64,000 nucleotides of DNA from Babesia bigemina (taxonomy: Eukaryota): positions 2,418,001 through 2,482,000 of the forward strand of contig NC_027217.1 of the NCBI RefSeq assembly GCF_000981445.1. The letters are read 5' to 3'. The notes under the pieces are model-generated. The model was not told the DNA's origin. It ran no database searches and worked only from the letters and a program-made list of their open reading frames with translations. Numbering within the stretch: position 1 is the stretch's first letter; the number at the start of each line of letters is the position of its first letter. Positions 56,264 to 64,000 of the stretch are shown piece by piece. The translations under genes were made by a program, and so were the position numbers.

Positions 56264-58022
56264 TAGTCCTCCGTCTTCATGTCAGTGAGCCCAAGCTCGT
56301 CGTTCTGTTCCTGCGTGCGTTCGTAGGTTTCGGACACAAGGTTCGCGTCGTCGCCCTGCGCCTGCCTCCGCGCGCCGATGAAAGAGTGGTCCGCGGGGTC
56401 ATCAATCACCAGGGTGAAGGGGAACGCGGCGTCCCCGGCGACCAGCGCCTGCAGCTCGCGCACCTTCTCCCTGAGCGGCGCGTGCTCCTCGGTTGCGGAG
56501 TCGCCGAGCACGAACGGGTACGCCTTCTCCAGGCTCTCCACCAGCTTGCCGATGAGCCCCTCCACCGTGGTGAAGGCGGCGCCTATGGTCCCCGGCGACA
56601 TCTCCACGTCCAGGTGGTTGACCCGGACCGCCGCCGTCTCCGATATGATCACATCGCGATTCAAGTCGTCGACGGACTGCACTGTCAGCGTCCATCGCCT
56701 GGCGTGGTCCTTGTAGCCCCCGCCCGGCTTCATCTCGTTGGACTTGGCCCCGCAGGTCTCGCAGGTGAACGCCATGATAACGCAAGGTCCGAAACCCGGG
56801 ACCACTGAACACGTTTTCCATGTTAGCTCGATGCACTTACAGACTTCGCATATCTTGTTGAGGCCCTCCGAGCCGCAGTGCGGGCAGTCCACCGGCAGCG
56901 AGACGCCCTCCTTGCCGACGTCGTCCGTGTTCTCCATGGGGGTGGTCAGGTCGATCTCTGCGCGCGGTCATCCACACTGGAACGTGCCATACCTTTCCTA
57001 AAATCGTCCTTGACCGCGTAGCCCATGTTCTGCGCGCTGTGAGCCAAACCGCATAACGCTGGCCGTCTCACTGGCCCGCACCAACCTGCTGCTGCTCCTC
57101 CGAGCGCGCGTACGTCTCCCGCGCCAGCTCCACCGCATCCGTGTCTTCGATGTAGCTGTTGCCAGAGGGGTCATCGAGAATGAGCGTGAATGCCTGAAGC
57201 GCGTCAGCCGCTGCCATGGACCGCCCACCTCCGCTCCCTCACTACAGTCGTTCAAACGCTCGCGGAGCGTGGCCAACGTGTGGATGTATTCCGCCCCCGT
57301 TTTGACCTCACCCGTGCTCAGCTGGATCGACAGGTTGGGGTCGTTCGCCATCGCCTCGGCCACCGAGCGCACGTGCTCCTCCAGGCTGTTGGAGACCTTC
57401 GAGAGGTACCCCTCAACGGTGGTCACGTAGCCCTTCTGGCCCGAGGGCTGGATCTCGAAATCAAGCTCCTCTGCGCAACGTCACTCATAACGCCCCGACA
57501 CGTACCGATTCGGCACGACGCATGCCCGGAGAGCACCATCTGGTTGTTGAGGAACTGCGCGAGACGTTAAATGGGAAGCGCAAGGAAAACGCATAAAAAG
57601 CATCAACGATACCCAACGGTGCTACAGACGTCCGCTTCACGCAACCCACCTCCGGCGACAGCATCTTGGCTGTGATCTTCACGCCGTGGTTCTGCAGAGG
57701 CGCTGCATCCTGCAGCTCGTTGTCGCGGTAACCGCACGAGCCGCATTCAAAGGACATCAAGATGACATCTGCAGAAATATGAGGCCATTAACAGTGCTAG
57801 TATGCGATTTCGACCCACTGATTGAACCGATGCGGGCTCTATCGAGACCGCCAATGGTCGCAACCCACCTCGGAAGTGCGGAATTTTGGTCAGAAGGAGC
57901 CGGGTGGTCCCGTTCTCGCCGCAATTAAGACACACCGACTCCACCACGGCGGCGTCTCCGGCATCGTTCTCAGCATCAGGTGCAGCCTCAGCGGCGCTGA
58001 TACGCGATTCCTCTTCCGTCAT
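56260..58022 (-). CDS. ZPR1: Zinc finger protein ZPR1, multi-exon
   Basis: Two ZPR1 modules: ESVCLNCGENGTTRLLLTKIPHFR...MSFECGSCG...TTVEG, and DCPHCG...MAFTCETCGAKSNE...DLNRDVI...FTTVEG...ERTQEQNDELGLTDMKTE. Confidence 0.95.
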
Positions 58023-59179
58023 GGTGACCGCGGCAACGCCTAGGCTCCGCGTCCGATAATACGTGCTTAAAATCCACCGCCCGACGCACAGCACTCAATC
58101 GCTAAAAACTGTGACCAGTAGGCCTATTTACGTGGGCTAAGGGCGCTGTGCGGAGATATAACGTGGCCATCGGGCGTCGCCGCCACCGGACGCTGCGAGA
58201 TTCGGCCGCCCTGATGGGAAACAGCACTACGCAATGTGACACTTTCGTATGCTGAAATCGGTGAACCATGCTGCCACAAGCCGCCAGGCATGTGAAGAGC
58301 CATAGACAGAGTTCACCAATGCTAGACAACGCCGACTCGCGGCTGTTGCCGCGCACATACCGCCGCAATCTGACACGATTGAGGACACAATTCATTTACG
58401 AACATCTACGCCGACAGACAGGGCCCTAGACACCGCCGCATCGCTAAGTACGGCAGCCTCGTGTCGTACCGCGTCATCGAGGCCCGCGACCGCCGCGAAA
58501 AGCCGCATCAGATACCAAATCGTCGAGGAAACTACAAATAAAATTTTGCGACTGACGGGCGTCAGCCAGACTACACACGCTCTGCCGGACGCTCAACGCT
58601 CGTGGCGCTGTGGTGGTCTGCGTCAACGTCAGGGCGGCAGCCGTTTCCGCCGCAGCAGTGGCACATTTATGCAATATATTAACCTAACCGGACTGCAACA
58701 AGGGTCCGCGAAGCGAATGCGCGTGGAAGTCACCGCGCGTGTAAGGAGATAAGGGTCCATACATCTGTCGTACGCACGTAAATCGACGGAGGCAGCCTGC
58801 GGTTGTGGGATTCGTTATCGGCGGTATTTTATGGGCGGTTGATACCGGCTTGTGCGCTGAGATTGGTGCCTGGCGTTTGCGGAGCTCCTGCAGCCGCCTT
58901 GACACGTCCCAGACACGTCGATCGAGGTGGAGAGGTCCGCCGTCAGACTAGCGTCCGACCGATCCGAAGTGACTGGATATGCGCAGGGGGATAGTGGGAG
59001 TCGTACAGGGTGCCGGAAAACGCGCTCTGATTCTCATAACCTCTTCCCTGAAGCAGAGCTGAATGCTCTGTGACCAGAGTCAGCGAACGTCGACCGCAGC
59101 CGCTGAATTGCGTCAGGGCGCATCGCGCCGACTGGAAACGGCTCCCGCGTGTACAATCGGAGATGCTAATTGAAGGGGC

Positions 59180-61201
59180 ATGAACACGCATCACAAGCTG
59201 ATGGACGGATACAAGGCGGAGTCCTACGGCAACGATGCCGAGGACGAGATGCTGTGCCCCCTCTGCATGGAGGTTTTGGACGAAACCGACCGGAACTTCT
59301 ACCCGTGCACTTGCGACTACCAGGTGTGCCTGTGGTGCCTGCACTACATCCGTACCACCATGGGCAACAAGTGCCCGGCGTGCCGGCGGGACTACGAGGA
59401 GGCGAACATGAAGTACAAGACGAGCCCGAGGGTGCCCACGACGTCGCGTTCGAGCAACCCCAAGAAGAAGCGTGAGGCTGGCGAGAAGGACGCCACGACC
59501 CGGGAGGAGCGGTCGGGCGTGCCGTCGCAGCTGAGCAACGCGAACCTGAAGGAGATGCGTGTGATCCAGCGCAACCTGGTGTACGTGGTGGGCATCCCCG
59601 CCAGGATCGCCAAGATGGAGATTCTGAAGCAGCACGAGTACTTCGGGCAGTACGGGAGGATCCAGCACATGGTCATCAACAAGAGCCAGTCGTACAACTC
59701 GCACATGAGCGGGGCGTCGTACACCGCGTACATCACGTACTCGAGGAAATCGGAGGCTGCGCTGGCCATCCAGAGCATCGACGGGTCCCAGGTCAGCGGC
59801 AGGACGCTCAGGGCCTCGTACGGCACCACCAAGTACTGCAGCTTCTTCCTCAAGGGGCTCAAGTGCACCAACATCGACTGCTTCTACCTGCACCAGTACG
59901 GGGACGAGAGCGAGCGCATATCGAAGAACGAGCTCACCAGCCTGATGCACAAGACCAGCAAGTCGGGGTTGAGTCGTACCTCGCACGGCCTCGACACCCA
60001 TGCGGTGCCGAAGGGCAGGGAGGAGCACTCGGGCAGGCACCCCAACCCGCGGCGCGTGCACAGGATCCACGAAACGCTGCAGTCCGGCAAGAGGCCCGAG
60101 GGCGGCGTGGACACCTACAACGCCTACCCCGCTGGCGCAACGCACTCCGATCGCGACACGGCGTCGTGGGCGCACGTCGCCGCGGGCATGAGGGACACGG
60201 CGGCCAGCGTGCAGCCCTCCGTGCCGTACATCTACCCGCACCCCGAAGAGATGCAATTCCAGTACTCGGTGGTGGGAGAGGCGTACCCCGACGGATACGC
60301 CCACTCCTACGATCAGTACCGGCCGCAGAGAGCGAAGAGCGACTACCAGGCTGGCAAGCGTGTCAAGGCGCCGTACCAGCCGCACGAGAGCGCGCAAAAC
60401 GCTGCGGCCGCAACCCCAACAGGCCAGAGTGAAGTCTTGCGCCACCTCTTCACTGAGTCTCTGATCTCCCACCTGCAGCGGTACAACCGCGGCGAGCACA
60501 TTCTGTACGCCGTCGACATGCCGGCCAACCGGGGCCACCCTGCCGGGAGCCACAGCGGCCAGCAGGCCGACGGGGCACCCGCCGCCCACGACGCCGCTAA
60601 CGCCGCGCAAGGCCGGATCTGGATGATGGCGGAGGACGCCAAGGCGTCAGGGGCCTACTACGTCTCCAACAGGCGCCGCCAGCTGGACTACTACAAGGGT
60701 GCGAACGACCTGTTCTTGGCTCTCGAGGGCGAAAACGCCATCGCAGGAACCACGGCCGCGCTGGACCCCAAGGACATCTTCTCCGACAGCGCAGCGGTCG
60801 AGGAGATTTTGGAAAAGGTGAAGCAGCACACGCTGATGCTGCGGCAGATGTCGCGGATGTACGCCGTCAAGCCGCAGCCTGCGAAGGCCGCGCCGCAGCA
60901 GCGCAGCGCCGAGGAGAAGCAGCCTAAGGAGGCTACGGAGGCGCCGAAGACGTCGTACAGCCACCCCGTGAGCACGTCGTCGGAGCTGCAGCACGCGCAC
61001 GAAGCCAGCGCAGTCGCGCCCACCAAGGCGGAGAAATACGTAACGAGCATACTCTTCACCTCGCCTCAGCAGCAGTCGCAGCTGGAGGCCGACATCAAGC
61101 TCCACGAGGAGCTGGTTGAGGGCGTGCAGAAGCTGCTGCACGCGCAGTTGAAGCGGGAGCAGCGGTACGCCAAACACATGGCCGACCTGTATGCCAACTG
61201 A
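59180..61201 (+). CDS. NOT4: CCR4-NOT subunit 4 (NOT4) RING E3 ligase with RRM and C3H1 finger
   Basis: CPLCME...PCTCDYQVCLWC...CPACR, RVIQRNLVYVVG, EYFGQYG and ASYGTTKYCSFFL...CFYLH. Confidence 0.96.
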   Translation: MNTHHKLMDGYKAESYGNDAEDEMLCPLCMEVLDETDRNFYPCTCDYQVCLWCLHYIRTTMGNKCPACRRDYEEANMKYKTSPRVPTTSRSSNPKKKREAGEKDATTREERSGVPSQLSNANLKEMRVIQRNLVYVVGIPARIAKMEILKQHEYFGQYGRIQHMVINKSQSYNSHMSGASYTAYITYSRKSEAALAIQSIDGSQVSGRTLRASYGTTKYCSFFLKGLKCTNIDCFYLHQYGDESERISKNELTSLMHKTSKSGLSRTSHGLDTHAVPKGREEHSGRHPNPRRVHRIHETLQSGKRPEGGVDTYNAYPAGATHSDRDTASWAHVAAGMRDTAASVQPSVPYIYPHPEEMQFQYSVVGEAYPDGYAHSYDQYRPQRAKSDYQAGKRVKAPYQPHESAQNAAAATPTGQSEVLRHLFTESLISHLQRYNRGEHILYAVDMPANRGHPAGSHSGQQADGAPAAHDAANAAQGRIWMMAEDAKASGAYYVSNRRRQLDYYKGANDLFLALEGENAIAGTTAALDPKDIFSDSAAVEEILEKVKQHTLMLRQMSRMYAVKPQPAKAAPQQRSAEEKQPKEATEAPKTSYSHPVSTSSELQHAHEASAVAPTKAEKYVTSILFTSPQQQSQLEADIKLHEELVEGVQKLLHAQLKREQRYAKHMADLYAN

Positions 61202-61539
61202 CGCACCAGTTGGGGCCCGCGCACGGCGGCCTTCCGCAACCGCGTCACGGGCGCCTCACCAGTTGGCGGCGCGCGGTAAGGGCTCACGTACACTAGTACA
61301 ACACTGCTGTGGTGAGACCTCGTCTCACTCGGATTGTAATCTGTTTATTTATTGGTATTCGCGGCAGCCTGCATGACGTGGGTGCACAGCACCCACATGA
61401 TCTCCTCCACAATTGCACTGCGCTGTTGTCACCCTTGATTGCGCTAGTATGGAGCACAGCCGTCGACTGGTGTGGTGATGCTATCCGACCGTGTATGGTG
61501 GCGAGGGCCGAACACGTTGGCCCCGGAAGAGGCACAAAC

Positions 61540-62134
61540 CATGAGAACACATCATACCGCCGCCACCGGCAAACCCCGTGCCGAAATGAACCCACTCGCT
61601 CTACTGGAGCAGCAATGCCTGCAGACTGGCAAAGACAAGGAATATCGGCCGGCCGAGGGCGATAACGCCGGTGACGACAGCCCCGTCGAGGCGCAGGCAC
61701 CGGACAGCAACTGCGCCGAAAAGCCGCAGGTCGAGGTCTTAGCGCACTTTACGTATCCTGTCAGGGAGCAACACACTCCCAGCGACGACGAGAGGCGCGG
61801 TAGGTGGGAGCAAGCGCCTGTTCATACGCCGTTAGGGAAGCGTGAACGACGCGCAAGGAGCAGGAGCCGCTCTAGAAGCCGAAGCCGCGAGCAATGCCGT
61901 CATAGACCACGCGAAAGGCGCGAAAAACGGGAGGAACGTACACATCGCACGGAAGACAGTAGCGCCAACGACAACGTTGGCAAGGCAGCGGCAGGCAGCG
62001 ATCCGCTGCCTCAGACGGCGTCCATGCATCAAATGTCGCCGATAGATCGCATGTTACTCCGCCGCGAGCAGCTGCTGATGCGGCAGTCGGCGAAGTTCCT
62101 CAACGAGGTGAAGCGACAGCAGGACGCAGGGTAG
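61540..62134 (+). CDS. Hypothetical protein with an RS-rich segment
   Basis: Open frame with RARSRSRSRSRE and a helical C-terminus (IDRMLLRREQLLMRQ). The start could be 61540 or 61586. Confidence 0.5.
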
Positions 62135-62423
62135 CGCCGACACACATCGCGGCGCTCAGCCGGTAACACATGGAATCCAAATCGTTGCACCTAACATGTA
62201 ATGCGCAAATAAATGTTGTAAAAACAGTTTGCCTTCCGAACGTGTAGGCAGAATTTACGGAGCGTTCATCCCCCTCAGTGAGAGTAGACGGAGCTACCGG
62301 CACGGCATACGTACTGTAACCTGTCGGTCACCGGTTGTGCTTTTTGCCTGCCAACTAAACCGCTCAACTGGTGCTCCGCCACAAAAGTGAAGGCAGAGTC
62401 ATCGCCGTGTCCGATGACATCAA

Positions 62424-63567
62424 ATGAACAGTGCTGCAGCGGTCCGTGGGCTGCTCAACAGGCCTACAGTCGCAGGTGAGAACGTATGTGGCTGCGTGCG
62501 AACGCATATAATCCTCAGCACCGTACCTGGCACGGCCCTTCGTGAACATATACGACCTGGAAGGCACCACGGAGGCGCCCTTTCTCAGTGAAGCTAATGT
62601 AGGTCACTCATACGCAACTCCGCAATTTCCGGCAGATCAGCTATGCGGCCAGACTGTTCGAGAAAAGGGTAAATCCCAACCCCGTATACGTGGCGGACAC
62701 CGTGGATGATGCGCCCAGACGCAGGACCCCGCAGGTCAGTGGCGCTGCACTGCATGTCGCAACTCACTACCGCCACGAGTTTCAAACGAGGTCATCGGCG
62801 CGCAGGTGGCCATACTGGGCCATTCGAACGTCGGTAAGTCCAGCCTGCTGAACTCGCTGCTGTACGGGAAGATGCTCCCGCGGTTCGCCAAGGATGTGGT
62901 ATGACCGTGGCAAGCCAAGCGCAACCCGTGCAGAGATCGAACGCAAAAATGCTCAAGGAGCCCGTTTTCGCGCCGGTTTCGGACAACCCGGTAAATGCGC
63001 GCATAGAAGCGAATGACGCTGGTGCAGGGCCGCACCAGGCACATGTTCACGTTCGACCTGGGCGGCGACTTATCGCTGGTCGATCTGCCGGGATACGGCT
63101 ACGCCAAGGTGCCAGACGTAAGACAGATGTGCCCGCAAGCGTTCACGTACGCCTCGCAGAACCTCAGGAACGAATGGTCGGTGCTGGTCAACAAGTACCT
63201 GACGCAAGCACCCAGGTAAGACAATCGGCACGGAACCAGCAATCAGCGACTGCGCAGCTTGCAGCGCCTTTTGTCGCTCATAGACAGCCACAAGGGCCCG
63301 GGGGAACTGGACGTCAAGTTGTGGGAGATGCTACAGGAAATGAGGCTGCCCTTCCAGGTGGTACTCACGAAGTGCGAGGCGCTCAAGCCGCACGAGCTAC
63401 ACCTCGTGTGCCAGCGCACCGTTGAGATGCTCAAGGCGTACGGAGACTGCGTCCACCCGTATGTGCACGCTACGTCCGCGCTTAGACAGCTCGGAATCGC
63501 CGAGCTCAAGCTGTCGATAGCACACATCGCATACACACACGCTGCAAAGCGAAATATAGTCCAATGA
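62424..63567 (+). CDS. engB: EngB/YihA/YsxC-family ribosome-biogenesis GTPase, likely mitochondrial, multi-exon
   Basis: [16 protein letters not shown] (G1), P/GRT (G2), [10 protein letters not shown] (G3), VVLTKCE (G4) and TSA (G5). N-terminal extension [14 protein letters not shown]. Start is inferred. Confidence 0.88.
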
Positions 63568-64000
63568 ATGTAAAATTCCTCCAGGACACTGCCGCATTCC
63601 TGCGCCACAGAACCCGAGCTCCATAGACAGCACGACGCCAGGCGACCTGCACTGACGGATGTGCTTGTGGCGCCTCCGCACGACACACCCGTCGCAGATT
63701 CCTAGCAGTAATAGAGCGTCCGAAATGTGGATGCTCGGTGTGCCCGGGTGGAAAAGCCGCTGAAAACCGCGGCTGATGACCTACCTTGGCGGTGCCCTGG
63801 CGTCAGCGCTGTTCGGCTGGGCTGTGATGCGATGGCTGTCAAAACGCCGCAACCGAGGGAGTCACGGGGGACGGTACCTGGCGGCCGTGATTCTGGGACC
63901 AGGTGGGTCATTCCGGCCCCCAGCGATGCGGCACTAATCTGTCGCAGGAGGGCATGCATGTGAAATGGGAGAAGTGCTCAGAGCGCTGGACAAGACGAAG

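Noticed and set aside
58943..60610. 555-aa minus-strand ORF
   Set aside because: Antisense shadow of NOT4, with no recognisable motifs.

Overview
Eukaryotic, gene-dense genomic DNA with short GT-AG introns (mostly about 30-45 nt). It is almost certainly from a piroplasm apicomplexan of Babesia sensu stricto, judged from the VESA/ves2-related gene, intron sizes and GC-rich codon usage of core genes; the species cannot be fixed from sequence alone. Most of the window is conserved housekeeping genes: a GLTSCR1-domain protein (partial), QCR8, alpha-tubulin, a non-canonical poly(A)/TUTase-type nucleotidyltransferase, p24/TMED, TAF1, YbeY, a TPM/MOLO1 protein, NOB1, BET3, eIF2-gamma, a Rad21/Rec8-type kleisin, HVA22/REEP, AMPK-beta, a PPIE-type RRM protein, a DHHC palmitoyltransferase, THADA/Trm732, ZPR1, NOT4 and EngB. 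Two visibly AT-richer accessory islands interrupt them. Island 1 (about 2.1-15.2 kb) holds an MFS transporter, a VESA-related gene and a Cys-rich membrane-protein gene split by a perfect 17-bp tandem duplication. Island 2 (about 33.9-39.1 kb) holds three co-oriented signal-peptide genes that the ORF track shows only as fragments. One has a signal/RxL/amphipathic-peptide/polyproline/Arg-rich/repeat architecture, and another carries a cluster of host-like SH2-docking tyrosine motifs. No rRNA, tRNA, CRISPR array or mobile element was recognised. Exon boundaries were assembled by eye, and all family calls come from motif recognition rather than database searches.
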